A DNA stretch of 64,000 nt from Octopus sinensis (GCF_006345805.1 NC_043002.1:28582001-28646000); one strand, 5' to 3'; counted from the stretch's first letter, positions 27,077 through 40,578 are shown. Numbers and translations are program-made. Notes: generated by a model not told the origin, from the sequence alone.

Positions 27077-27510
27077 GCAGCCACCACCACCACCACCATC
27101 AACATTGTCATGGGCACCATCAACACCATCATCATCAGCATCGTCGTCGTCGTCGTCGTTATCACCGCCGCCGTCGTCGTCATCACCGCCGCCGTCGTCA
27201 TAATCATAAGAAGAAGGAGGAGGAGGATGAGGGGGAGGAGAAAGAGGACGACGACGACGAGAAAAAGAAAGAAAGAAAGACTGAATGAATGAATGAATGA
27301 AGGAATGAAGCAGAAGACAAGAAGAAAAAGAAGACAAGAAGAAGAAGAAGAAGAAGAAGAAGAAGGAGAAGAAGAAGAAGAAGAAGAGGACCAGAAAAAG
27401 AAAGAAAGAATGACTGAATGAATGAATGAATGAAAGAGGCAGAGGACAAGGAGGAGGAAGAAAAAGAAGAGGGGAGAGGGAGGGAAGGTGGAGAAGAGAT
27501 GAAGAAGAAT
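24720..27510. repeat. Trinucleotide-derived low-complexity region (ACC, AGT, ATC, GAA), including a 15-bp ccatcacccatacca array
   Basis: Directly visible. Confidence 0.85.
26747..26930 (+). mobile_element. Unclassified short interspersed repeat
   Basis: Homologous to the reverse complement of 20070-20258 and to the partial copy at 18650-18695. Confidence 0.55.
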
Positions 27511-27817
27511 GTGTGTGTGCATATATGGCATGGTTACTATTTTGTAATCTGTAAGCAGAAACCGTGCATGTATCCATAGGCATATTTCTGTGTGCGCGCG
27601 CGGCCCTATGATCCTTACAGAGTGAGTGGTACTAACCGTATGTATACGAATAGCAGTGAAAAATCAGCAACGTGAAACTCAAAATAACGGTGTGGAATCT
27701 CAGTTTAATAATTAATTGCATGTCATGTATTGAGTATTTTTGCGTACTTTAAAGGGCACGCCTTTATTTGTCATATAGCGTCTATTTTTCACCTTAATTT
27801 CTCAACAAATGTGCATA

Positions 27818-28115
27818 TCTTTATATATAAAAGTGAAGTTGTGTGTCTGTCTCCTACGATTTAGATTCCTAACTACTCCCACATTTTGCGGTGCAGTTTA
27901 ACCAAAAGCGGGTATCTTATAGTCGTGATTCATATCGAGCCCTTCTAGGTATTAGCGCGCGTCTACGATGAGTCTACGATTTAAAAAAAATTACGATAAT
28001 TTTTCCGCACTTTTAATGCATTTTCGCTCGGTTTATATAAGGGAAGTAACTCTCTATAAATGCTTATATAGTTATTTCCCTTACAAACCCGTGCAACGCC
28101 GGGCGATACTGCTAG
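27818..28115 (+). mobile_element. Non-autonomous Helitron
   Basis: A|TCtttatatataaaagtg ... cccgtgcaacgccggg-cgatactg-CTAG|T. Confidence 0.88.
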
Positions 28116-29496
28116 TAGATAATAATTTAATTGGGTCTGGTCGTAATTGTTCCGCTTCAGATTGTTCTGTTTTGTGTACTATACTTCTCATCCAGCGTAA
28201 GAAAAAAAGACAGAGTCCCTCAATGTACTAACAGTAAATCGTTATTGGTTATGTGAAGTTGGATATAAAACTACCCGAAACGGACGAGTATTTCTAAAGC
28301 AGACACTTATACATTCAGTTGTGTCTCGGAATAATCAACATGGAAGTAATTTCTTAGAGGCTGAAGTGCATACCCTCTCGGAAATAAGATACTTACGTAT
28401 CTTAAAGGGGTAATTAATCTTAGAGAGGTGTATTTTGCTTGCCGAAAGTGCTGAATAATTATTCCTAGAAAGAGTGTAGAATACATGATGTGTGGATTGT
28501 GCAGGGTGATGATTGTATTCCGTACATAATGTATGGGTTGTGTTATAGTGTTGGGTGATGGCTGCGTTTCGTATATAACGCGTGAATCGTGTTTTGTGCG
28601 AGATGGTGAATGTTTTTCTTCTTTAATTGCTGAGTCTAGAGGAAGAGGTAAGGCAGTACCTATGACTTTTGCAGTACCCCGAGACTGGGGTACTTTATGT
28701 TGTTAATGCTTCGATTAAACTGTTGTAGGTCAACACCTGCAGAGAAGACATGAGCAAAGGTAGAGCGATGATGCACTGAGAATGAAAGCGTGGACATAGT
28801 GGTTAGTGCGGGGAAAGGGATGTTAGATGCAACAAGTATGGCGGGAGATGGAGAGACGAGTGGGTCGGGTTACCTGTGTAGAGGATGTGATGTGTGGGTC
28901 ATGTTATAATGTAGGGTGAGGATTCTGTACAATATATGTTATGTGAATTGTATTATTTAATTACGATTGAGCTAAGTATGCGCTGCGTGAATTGTGAAGT
29001 TAAATGTAATGCGAGTCGGACACGAACTGTGTCGAGCAGATCTATTTTACAGGGAAGAAAGTTTGTAGAGTTATATACACTGGTATGATTTGGTTTCAAG
29101 TTTAATAAACTTGTAATCGACTTATAACTGATACTGTTTCTACTTTCGTACTCTGCATCCTACTTATTTTTATTTCAAACTATTTCGATAGTTTCTCGAC
29201 CTCCTTCCGAGTGATGTTTTGGTAAGCAGGGATAGAAGAATGTTTAAGAGTGTAGAGGTTCTCTTTCTTATCCTTGTCAATTCACCTTTTTCTTTTCTTT
29301 TTTCTTGTTTATTTTTGTGGTGGAGGCATTCTGGACAGGTATGTCCTACATTGCTTTACCCTGCATAGGGCACTCGACTTATTATGGAGTTATGATTCTC
29401 TGTCGTGATATACGGTCTAGTTTGAGCGATTTAAATCTCTTGAAGCTCATCATATTTTAGGGTTTTTCTTTCTTTTTGTTTTTTTCATTTTTGTTT

Positions 29497-29529
<33 letters not shown>

Positions 29530-30069
29530 TTCTTTTTCTGTTTTGGCAACGCTTGTATCACATACATTTCTGGTGAAAAACATTAATTCATTCTCCTTCA
29601 GATAAACAGGCATGCCTTTAACTACACAAGGCTGTCGTAAGACAAAAATTGGTGCCCACTTCAATGTCAGAATATGAGGAAAAAAGTTGCATATCAAGAA
29701 CATCAATTGCTTCAACCACGTTCGTTTTTCAGTCACGAAGACCCCGGTTCGGCTCTACAGTAAGACATCTTAAGCAAATGTCATTCATTTTCTATCGTTT
29801 CAGTTAGATCCATACTCTGTGAGCGAAAATGAGTAGACGAGAACTGTATAGAAACTCATCGATTGAACTGTACCTGTAATTCAAAGATACAGCCTTAGGA
29901 CACGTGATCATGTTGATTATGTCTGAAAATTATATGTCAATGAAACGCACAGCTACTTGCAAGCAAACTAAAGAGCAAGTAATTCACTTGATGGAACAAA
30001 TGAATCCTCATTGTCGAAACCGACAGAAATCCATCCATAATATGTGCGTTTATACACCCCCACACACAC

Positions 30070-30124
<55 letters not shown>

Positions 30125-30344
30125 TGTTAAATAAGCAGACTTCTGTACGAAACATAGGGCTACAGATCTGTACGAAACATAGGGCTACAGATATAAAGCA
30201 AATTAATGTCTATATTTTGTATTTGCGTGTGTGCGTATGTATATGAGTGCATGCATGTGTGTGTGTGTCTATCTGTCTGTCCGTATGTGTACATGTCATT
30301 TTCCTTTTTGAAATAGTGGATCTCGAAGCAAACATGAAGCTATC

Positions 30345-30385
<41 letters not shown>

Positions 30386-30399
30386 CATACACACACACA

Positions 30400-30456
<57 letters not shown>

Positions 30457-30632
30457 TATATATACATATATACATACATATTCACACTCACACATGTGGC
30501 ATAAAAAATACAAACGAGTTCGTATATTCGTATATAGAACATATAGCCATAACGTTTGGTGTGTGTGCATGTGTGTGTAAAAGAGAGAGAGAGAGAATGA
30601 TAGAAAGTGAGTGAGTTACTGAGTGAGTGATT

Positions 30633-30681
<49 letters not shown>

Positions 30682-30702
30682 CGTGTGTGTGTCTGTGTGT
30701 GT

Positions 30703-30743
<41 letters not shown>

Positions 30744-31329
30744 GAGTGCATTTGCCTATGCATATGCGTGCCTGTGAACATACATAAATTAAGATATTTG
30801 CCTATGCTACCACTTACGCTATAAATATGCATGTTCATGCGATATGCATGCATGCACATGAATACTTATTAACACTTTAACAGCTAAAATAAACGATCAT
30901 GGTGGCTTTGTTTGCTTGCCTACAACACAGTAGCAATTTCTGCAGTAAGACGAATTGGATTGAGCGCTCGGAAAAAATAAATATAATGGCGGCTTAAAAT
31001 GATCAGATGCATGCCGTCTGGTGTCGGCCATTTTTAAACCATCCAGTCACCAAGTTTGCCACTCTAATCTCCCCAGGGCGGATTAAGCTGTGGAACCGAA
31101 TGAATGTTCAAATGAAGATGCTCCTAGAATGAGGAACAAATTCAAAATACTTGAGAAAGATCAGCGAAAAGGGGGAAGGATTAAGGAATGGATATTTTCG
31201 AAGGTGAGTATGAAGAATTGTCTGCCAATTATAGAATAAAACCATTATTATGATTAGTCCTTCTCTCTACTCTCTCTCACTCTCCCTCTCTTCTTTTGTT
31301 TCATCACATATCTCACCGTCTTTCTCCTC

Positions 31330-31437
<108 letters not shown>

Positions 31438-31975
31438 ATCTCTATCTAACTGTAACGATGTCTGTATCTATCAATCTATCGATCAATCACACTCTCTACC
31501 ACCATATATTTTATATTCGCTATTAAAGCAATCAATCTTTCAATATCTCAGCAGTACCATCTCTCTCTCCCCCTTTTTCTCTCCCTCTTTCTCTCTCTCT
31601 CTCGCTTATTTTAACGCTATTTTCTTTAACAATAACCCAAATAGGCAACTCTCTTCTTACTATGTTCCATCCAAATACTTTTGAATTAATTTTCCCTAAA
31701 TCTGACAACGCACACCAGGAGGCGTTGCACTCTCTAGGTTTATCACACACACTCTCTCTCACTCTCTCTCTCTCTCTCTCTTTCTCTCTTTTTCTCTTTC
31801 TATCAATATATATATGTATATGATAGAAAGATAGATAGATGTACACACACAAACACATACATACATATATACATATATAAATATATATTATATATATATA
31901 GCCATGATAAGATGGCTTCTATACTTTACATTATCGAGCAATACTGTTTCAATCTCATTCTGAGATTTAATTATG

Positions 31976-32029
<54 letters not shown>

Positions 32030-32183
32030 TGTCTGACTTAAAAAGCCACATCAGACTCCATGATGAATCTAAGATGTAAGTACAAGAGGTGGTCAGACTG
32101 TGCATAAGGAGAAGACAACCACCATATGTGTGTATGTGTGTGTGTGCGTGCGTGTGTATGTGTGTGTATATGTATGTGTAAAT

Positions 32184-32229
<46 letters not shown>

Positions 32230-32484
32230 GGATACATACATACATACATACATACATACATACATGCATGCATATATATGGATGTGTGTTCGTGAATGTA
32301 CTTGTATATGTATACATGCTTATGTATATGTGTGATATAGTGCGTACTAAGATATAAAATTGATGTTAGTGACCAACCTTTTCTCTTTTTTTCATTTTCA
32401 CTTTTATATTTTCTTATTTAGACATTTTTTTACCACATTATTTTTCTTAATATAATTGTAACATTATTATTTAATCAGCATAAG

Positions 32485-33200
32485 TCGGTAAGCCAGCAGA
32501 ATGGTTAGCACGCCGGGCGAAGTGCTTTAGCGTATTTCGTCTGCCGCTACGTTCTGAGTACAAATCCGCCGATGCCGACTTTGCCTTTCATCCTTTCAGG
32601 GTCGATTAAATAAGTACCAGTTACGCACTGGGTCGATAAAATCGACTTAATCCGTTTGTCTGTCCTTGTTTGTAATCTCTGTGTTTAGCCCCTTGTGGGT
32701 AGTAAAGAAATAGGTATTTCGTCTGTCTTTACGTTCTGAGTTCAAATTTCGCCGAGGTCGATCTAATCGACTGGCCCCCTCCCCCAAAATTTTCGGGCCT
32801 TGTGCCTAGAGTAGAAAAGAGTTTACGTTCTGAGTTCAAATTTCGCCGAGGTCGACATTGCCTTTCATCCTTTCGGGTCGAGAAATTAAGTACCCGTTCC
32901 GAACTGAGGTCGATCTAATCGACTGGCCCCCTCCCCAAAAATTTCAGTCCTTGTGCCTAGTGTAGAAAGGATTATTTAATCAGCATAAGTCAGTGAGTTA
33001 GCAGAATGGTTAGCACGCCGTGCAAAATGCTTAGCGGTGTTTCGTCCATCTTTACGTTATGAGTTCAAATTCCGCTGAGGTCGACTATGCCTTTCATCCT
33101 TTGGGGGTCGATAAAATAAGTACCACTTGAACACTGGGATCGATATAATCGATTACCCTCTCCTCCGGAACTTCTGGTCTTGTGCCAAAATTTTAAACCA
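32485..33200 (+). mobile_element. tRNA-derived SINE family C multimer (MetaSINE-like central domain)
   Basis: Head gcagaatggttagcacgcc / tgagttcaaattc and body gactttgcctttcatcctttcggggtcgataaa...agtacc, repeated in tandem modules. Confidence 0.8.
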
Positions 33201-33263
33201 ATATTATTTTATCCTTATTGGTACTATTTCACACACTTATTAATATTTTTTTTATTAATATTA

Positions 33264-33669
33264 TTTTATCTGATTTTACTTCTGAGGTCAAATTCTGCTG
33301 AGTTCAACTTTGCCTTCCACCCTTTCCGGTTCGATAAAGTAAATACCAATTGAGAACAAGGGGCAATCTGATCGACCTATCCCTCACCCGAGAATTGATG
33401 TATCAAAAGTAATATTATTTACTCATCCTTTTTTCCATTTCATTTCTTTAATTTCATTAAAAAATTTTATCTGATTTTACTTCTGAGGTCAAATTCTGCT
33501 GAGTTCAACTTTGCCTTCCACCCTTTCCGGTTCGATAAAGTAAATACCAATTGAGAACAAGGGGCAATCTGATCGACCTATCCCTCACCCGAGAATTGAT
33601 GTATCAAAAGTAATATTATTTACTCATCCTTTTTTCCATTTCATTTCTTTAATTTCATTAAAAAATTTT
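33264..33669. repeat. 201-bp tandem duplication containing a decayed SINE C
   Basis: ttttatctgattttacttctgaggtc at 33264 and 33465. Confidence 0.9.
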
Positions 33670-34045
33670 CTTTCTTTCTTATGTATACATATATATTTAA
33701 ACTTTATATTATTTTATCTTAGCATCCTCTTAAATTCGACAAAATATATTTCGTATCATTTTAGTGACTCTTAATTTTGACACATATTTCCGCTTTCCGT
33801 TGAATCAGCTTCCCATTGCAAAACATCCTATTTTTCATCCTGTACATGAATTAAGACAAAAATAAATGAAAGAAATAACAGTGAACCAAGCAGCTAAGTG
33901 AAGCCACTTTAAATATTCATTTCTCCCCTTTATTATCCATAACAATGAAATATTGACAGCAACAATACTTTTCTTTCGTACAAAATGTTTTTTTTTATTA
34001 CTTTATTCATACACACACACATATATGTATATGTATGCATGTATG

Positions 34046-34151
<106 letters not shown>

Positions 34152-34252
34152 ATGAATGTATTTATATAATTATATGTTTGTATTGTTCCATACATATATG
34201 TATTTATGTGTGTATATATATATGTATGGATATATATATATGTATATTTAAA

Positions 34253-34566
34253 GACTCCGCCGGTTACGACGACGAGGGTCCCAGCTGATACGATCAACGG
34301 AACAGCTTGCTCGTGAAATTAACGTGCAAATGGCTGAGCATTCCACAGACACGTGTACCCTTAACGTAGTTCTCGGGGATAATCAGCGTGACACAGAGAG
34401 TGACAAGGCTGACCCTTTGAAATACAAGTACAACTCATTTTTGCCAGCTGAGTGGACTGGAGCAACGTGAAATAAAGTGTCTTGCTCAAGGACACAACGC
34501 GTCGCCGGGAATCGAACTCACAACCTTACGATCATGAGCCGAATGCCCTAACCACTAAGCCACGCA
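34253..34566 (-). mobile_element. tRNA-derived SINE family B
   Basis: Minus-strand head gtggcttagtggttagggc...gagttcgattccc followed by gtgtccttgagcaagacactt; homologous to 49426-49735. Confidence 0.85.
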
Positions 34567-35351
34567 CACACACAAACACATACTCAATACCAACACACGC
34601 AAAACGCATATACACACATGCCACACATATACACCCAACAGACATGGACACACATACGAACAAACACATACACACTAAGGCACACGCAACACACTAATAA
34701 ACATTAACCACACACAAACGGGCACACATATACACACACCATCCTACTCCCCAAAATTCTTTAAATAACACACATCTATTCACACCACATCTATTTACAC
34801 CACCCTGAAACAAATCAAAAACAGCCCCCACACACACACACAAACACATGTATACATGTATATGCACACACACAAGGACACACACTCACATCAATCTCAC
34901 CTCCATACAGAACCACATATACACACGCAGCACCATGCCAAATGCCATCCACATACATACATACACACACAACACCAAGACAACCACACACGCGGTTGAC
35001 AAACGGACACACCATCCTACCAAATCTTACAGACACACAAACACCTCTATTCACACCACATATGTAAGTATACACACACACACACACACAAAGACACACA
35101 CACTCACCCCATCCTGACCCCTAAATCATTGATGCTTGAAGGAGAGACAAAATAAATGGTTAAATTCTCTTCAGTTCCACATTACTCCTCCTTTTACGCT
35201 ACCATAGCGGACAGGTCAGTTTTAGCTTCACTACTATTATAATGTAAACCTTTTTGAACTCATAATATTCTGTACGTGTATACTGAACTTTTTAAATAAT
35301 TTCTTCTGGAAATTATCTTGAGAATGTATAATATATTTGTTATAATATATT

Positions 35352-36735
35352 TGAATGAAAAGATTGTGTCACCAGCCCCTTCCCACCCGCGTGTAGCCAA
35401 AACAAGATGCTGTGGTCATCTACTGAGATAAAATATGGTTATCCGTAATAATGAAGGGTGAAATTAATTAATTTGGAATAATTATCAATTACACCAAGTA
35501 GTCATCGGCTTGTAAAAACCTCATTCGAGGAACATTTAAGTAATACTAAGCAATAAAGGGTTTAGCAACGAATTGCCTTACCACATACCGAATTTAGAAA
35601 TAGCAGTCAAAGAGTTATAGCTATTTCTTCTACTAAAAAGGGAGATCTCAGTAAAAACAGCAATTGGAAGGCAGACACAAACAGGTAAGAGAGAATGAAT
35701 TGACGGCAATCTATCATACAATTTTAAGTTATCTACGGACGTACGTTTCGAAATCAAGTCTTTAGGAAAGCATAAGAATTAAATATTAAATAATTCTATC
35801 TTACCAAAAACTTCTTTTCTCTTCAGCGTAGAATACTATAATCATAAATGTTATATATTGAATTTTGAGATACTAGAAGGCACCAACTCAACTCAGTATC
35901 AGAGCGAGCTAGAATCCGCAACTAGTATCACCAAATTCAATGCGTGAATGAAAAGATTGTGTCACCAGCCCCTTCCCACCCGCGTGTAGCCAAAACAAGA
36001 TGCTGTGGTCATCTACTGAGATAAAATATGGTTATCCGTAATAATGAAGGGTGAAATTAATTAATTTGGAATAATTATCATTACACCAAGTAGTCATCGG
36101 CATGTAAAAGCCTCATTCGAGGAACATTTAAGTAATACTAAGCAATAAAGGGTTTAGCAACGAATTGCCTTACACATACCGAATTTAGAAATAGCAGTCA
36201 AAGAGTTATAGCTATTTCTTCTACTAAAAAGGGAGATCTCAGTAAAAACAGCAATTGGAAGGCAGACACAAACAGGTAAGAGAGAATGAATTGACGGCAA
36301 TCTATCATACAATTTTAAGTTATCTACGGACGTACATTTCGAAATCAAGTCTTTAGGAAAGCATAAGAATTAAATATTAAATAATTAATATTTAATTCTT
36401 ATGCTTTCCTAAAGACTTGATTTCGAAACGTACGTCCGTAGATAACTTAAAATTGTATGATAGATTGCCGTCAATTCATTCTCTCTTACCTGTTTGTGTC
36501 TGCCTTCCAATTGCTGTTTTTACTGAGATCTCCCTTTTTAGTAGAAGAAATAGCTATACTCTTTGACTGCTATTTCTAAATTCGGTATGTGGTAAGGCAA
36601 TTCGTTGCTAAACCCTTTATTGCTTAGTATTACTTAAATTTTCCTCGAATGAGGCTTTTACATGCCGATGACTACTTGGTGTAATTGATAATTATTCCAA
36701 ATTAATTAATTTCACCCTTCATTATTACGGATAAC
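35352..36735. mobile_element. PLE terminal-repeat array: two direct copies (593-bp period) plus an inverted copy
   Basis: tgaatgaaaagattgtgtcacc at 35352 and 35945; palindrome arms 36031-36380 and 36385-36735. Confidence 0.85.
35731..35833 (-). ncRNA. Intact type I hammerhead ribozyme, GUC site, palindromic stem III
   Basis: tctacg-CTGAAGA-gaaa[long hairpin]tttc-GAAA-cgtacg-TC-cgtaga. Full core, 6-bp stem I; predicted cleavage between 35738 and 35737. Confidence 0.88.
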
Positions 36736-36746
36736 TATATTTATAT

Positions 36747-36778
<32 letters not shown>

Positions 36779-37010
36779 ATATATTTATATATATATGTGT
36801 ATATATATATATATATTTATATATGTATATATTATATATATATATTTATATGTATATGTATTTATTTATATATATTTATATATATAGTCATATATATATA
36901 TTTATATATGTATATATTTATATATATTCATATATATATTTATATATTCATATATATATTTATATATCCATATATATATTTATATATATTATTCTTATAT
37001 ATATATATAT

Positions 37011-37041
<31 letters not shown>

Positions 37042-37087
37042 ATATATATTTATATTTATATATATTCATAATAATATGCAGTTTAAA

Positions 37088-37561
37088 GTAGTTGTATACT
37101 GTCAACTTAATGTGACAGTCCCATGACGGTAATCATACTACTGCTATTTAGCCCTAGGAAGCAGCAACGCTTCCTGCTGGCCTTTACACATTTCCTGTGA
37201 TATTATGTTTACAAGGGGGAGATAAGCACCTCCATCCAGCTAAGCCTGCAATCAGAGACAAGTTTCTGAGTCTTTGCTCGTTATCAGTCTGGAGTAGCAT
37301 GGCCTGCTAGTTGGAGCTGCCTATCTAGCTCTTGTAAACATATAAGAATTCTAGTGAAATAAATTATAAAAATACAAATAATACATTTCTAAATATCTCT
37401 GAGAAATTTATGCAGTAGTGGTACGATAAATTAGTTGTATACTGTCGACTTAATATGACAGTCCCATGAAGGGAATCATACTACTGCTATTTAGCCCAAG
37501 GAAGCAGCAACGCTTCCTGTCGGCCTTGACACATTTCCTATGTCCTTATGTTTACAAGGGG
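37088..37561. repeat. ~345-bp-period direct repeat (PLE terminal-repeat-like)
   Basis: tagttgtatactgtc...atgtttacaagggg at about 37089 and 37431, with a decayed hammerhead in between. Confidence 0.75.
37253..37291 (-). ncRNA. Decayed minimal hammerhead motif
   Basis: caga-CTGATAA-cgagc aaa gactca-GAAA-cttg-TC-tctg; G8>A in the core. Confidence 0.55.
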
Positions 37562-37574
37562 CAACAATTCCAAG

Positions 37575-38400
37575 TCCTGCGCTATCAGCATTCAAACTGA
37601 ATATGAAACTTACAGGGTTCACTGATCCACAGGAAATTTCAATCCCAGGGCCGAAATCAGTGAGGGACCTGGTTTTCGACATGAGTGATGATACCTCTTT
37701 CCAAGTGCACATTACCAGGTTGACAGCAAAGTGCAGACGACTGGCTGGCTCGATCCTGAGATCATTCAAATCCAGAGATAAGGAAACCATGATGGTCTTC
37801 TGGCGTACATTCGTCCTCGGCCACCTGGATTACTGCTCACAGCTATTGTCACCCACCAGTGTGAAATTAACAGCTGGCCTTAAAGCAATCCAGAGAAGAT
37901 GCACAAAGAATATCGTCCCGTTGCAATTGCTCAGCTACTGGGTAAGGCTGAACAGCTAAGACTACTCCTTGGAGATAAGGCGGGAGAGGTATGCAGTAAT
38001 ACACATCTGGAAGATCCTGGTAGGAATTGTGCCAAATTTTGGGATTGGAAGCTACACCAATGCCAGAACTAGACGACACAGCATAGCGCCATAGATCCCA
38101 GCAACCCCATCGCGCTACAGGACAGGTTACTGCAACAGCCTGGGTTTCAGGGGCCCACAGCTTTTTAATATTCTTCTAAAGAGCCTGAGGAATCTGCGCA
38201 AAGTATATGTAGGTGTTTTTAAATCAAAGCTGGACCTCTTCCTGTCGAGAGTCCCAGATGAACCTACTTCACGGCAGATGTGTAAATGAGGGTAGCACAT
38301 CAAATTCCATTCTTCACCCACATATTGGAGGAAGCTCTCAGTAATAACAGTGTAGCAAAACGGCGGTGCATTAGCATGGCCGCAGCACTGAGCTGAAAAT
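37575..38400 (+). mobile_element. CR1-clade LINE 3' fragment
   Basis: VRDLVFDMSDDTSFQVHI...ILRSFKSRD...LDYCSQLLSP...AIQRRCTKNI...YWVRL, then FKSKLDLFLSRVPDEP. Confidence 0.85.
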
Positions 38401-38689
38401 ATAGAAAGTTAGAGGTTGTGAATCCAACCAACTAAGGGATAATATATATCTAATATACTGCTGGTAGAATACCCAATTATTTATACACAAGTGCATTTTT
38501 GCATTTTAATTACATTGCCTAGTGTACTAAATGGATGAAGGTAAAGAGATATCTTACCATTTATTTATAGACCAATATTATATCTAATATGAATAATAGA
38601 ATGAATCTAATATTAATAATATTAGTAATAATTGATTATTGTGTATGCTTATAAATGTAAATATGTATGTACATTTAAGTATATATTAA

Positions 38690-38748
<59 letters not shown>

Positions 38749-38778
38749 TATTTATGTATATTTATATATGTGTGTATA

Positions 38779-40052
38779 CAGGGTAAGGAAGCAAAACTTG
38801 GAAAATAATAGATAATTTACCAAATTGTTTATTTTACGACAACCAGCAACCTAATATAAATATATTTTTAACACAAATTTACAGGAGTATAAAAAACAAT
38901 TTATTCAAGTTGTCTGCCTTCATTGTCTACCACAGCCTTCGCATTCCACCTGAAGGCGTCACAACTCTTAATGATGAAGTACTTGTCCTTCTCTTGTCCT
39001 TCTCTTCCCTCAGGACTTGTTTAAGATGATCAACACTTGGATGTAAAGTTCTGTTGGTAGAATGCTCCGATTTGCCCCATATGGCATAGTCCAAGGAGCT
39101 CAAATCTGGCCTGGAAGAAGGCCAGAAGTTAGCAGGCCAAACGTTGGTGAAGTTGTCTTCGCAGAATGTCTGCACTTTCTTCGCCGTATCAGCAGGAGCA
39201 CCACCTTGGATCTACACATAATTATCGTTGGGGTAATGAGACGTCAGCCAAAGTAAAACCTTGTACCGCAGGACCTTTAATAAAATTCAGCCCTCAACTT
39301 TTCCCCAGACTTGAAAAAATAGAGAGGCATCTTTTTTCCGTCAGACGCCACGACTCCGAATAACATGACTTGAGCTGGGTGCTTGATCCTAAAGACGCCC
39401 TTTACTTCAGAAGGTGACTTTGCAATGTATCGATTATTGCTACGGTTTAAAACAGCATCAACAGTAAAGATTGTTAGATGTGGATAAATTTTGACGGTGT
39501 GTCCATTGTGCTTCAGATATCGCAACACTTTTTTGGCACTTTCATGCCTTCTGGCTTTCATTGCATGGATCAATAGGTGTATCGGGGTCCTTACATATGA
39601 CTCCAACTGTAAATTAATGTGCGCAGCGGTTCTGATGGTCTTTGGATCAACTTTGATGTCCATGGACAGTTTTCTCGTGGATGTTGCTGGATCTTTTGAA
39701 CTTTCGGCTTCGAGAGATTTAAGAAATGCATTATCCCGCTTTTTATTTATGCCTCCACTTCCTCATTTTCTCTTGATGCTTCCTATATCCTGCATTCGGT
39801 TCTTAACGCTGGAGACACTGCTCATAGCAGCCCCGACAGTCTCAGCAATAAGTCTAATTGCAACCCCGACACGAAGCAAATCTGCAGTGCGTTGTCGCTT
39901 GAATTCTTGAATGGACATGCTAGATCGTATTAATGGGAACTTCTGCTTAAATTAACTCTATATACCTCCACCCTAAATAGAAAATAACATTTTAGTATTT
40001 ACGCTCAGGAATATATGAAAAATAAAGCTTCCAAAATATTCCAAGTTTTGCT
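38779..40052 (-). mobile_element. DD37D/maT-like Tc1-mariner transposon with decayed transposase
   Basis: TIR remnants agcaaaacttggaa / ttccaagttttgct. Transposase from 39918: MSIQEFKRQRTADLLR..., KHPAQVMLFGVVASDGKKMP, QGGAPA, WPSSRPDLSSLDYAIW. Confidence 0.88.
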
Positions 40053-40141
40053 GTATGTATATCTATATAAGTATTTAAATGTGTGTGTATTTTTATTCAT
40101 TTTATATTTATATTTATTTATAAGTTAACATTATGTACTTT

Positions 40142-40270
40142 ATAATCACTGACGAAGCCTATAGAAACAGTCAATTACCTCAATTTAATCTAATTATTAC
40201 TTCAGTCTACTCGAGTAATAAAGGCAGAATGAGGTATTTTTGCCTCTTGGCTGAAACAGCTGTAAGTTAT
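40142..40270 (+). ncRNA. Type I hammerhead motif with very long stem II insert
   Basis: ataatca-CTGACGA-agcc...tacctca..ttattact/agtaataa..tgaggta...ggct-GAAA-cagctg-TA-agttat. Core intact; stem I imperfect next to the core. Confidence 0.72.
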
Positions 40271-40444
40271 TTTCCCAATTTATATTCATGTATGTTATAT
40301 TGTAATAATTACTGGTATCTTTATATATTAATATAATTTATATCTTAAAATAATAAGATGTTATACAGGTTAAAAAATATATTTAAGTCATTATGTCAGA
40401 AGAATGTTATAAAATTTTTTCATACAGTGACATAGTTTTTGAAG

Positions 40445-40482
40445 AAATTACCGGTTTCGTGTTAACTTTTCAAATTTCTCAA
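40445..40482 (-). ncRNA. Decayed minimal hammerhead in the PLE 3' repeat
   Basis: gaaat-TTGAAAA-gt taac ac-GAAA-ccgg-TA-atttc; two core substitutions. Confidence 0.45.
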
Positions 40483-40578
40483 AACATCGTGTTATGACTT
40501 CGTTATGAAGTGTCAAGAAGAGTTCCAGGTAAGGGGAGGTAATAAGTGATTTCTTCCGGTATAAGGGAGATAATCGCT

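Noticed and set aside
24636-27583. Mucin-like poly-Thr/Ser and Gly-rich ORFs
   Set aside because: Open in several frames on both strands because of (ACC)n and (AGT)n repeats; no splice or signal-peptide evidence.
28130-29480. Possible decayed retroelement or ribozyme region
   Set aside because: No convincing protein motif or complete ribozyme core could be read.
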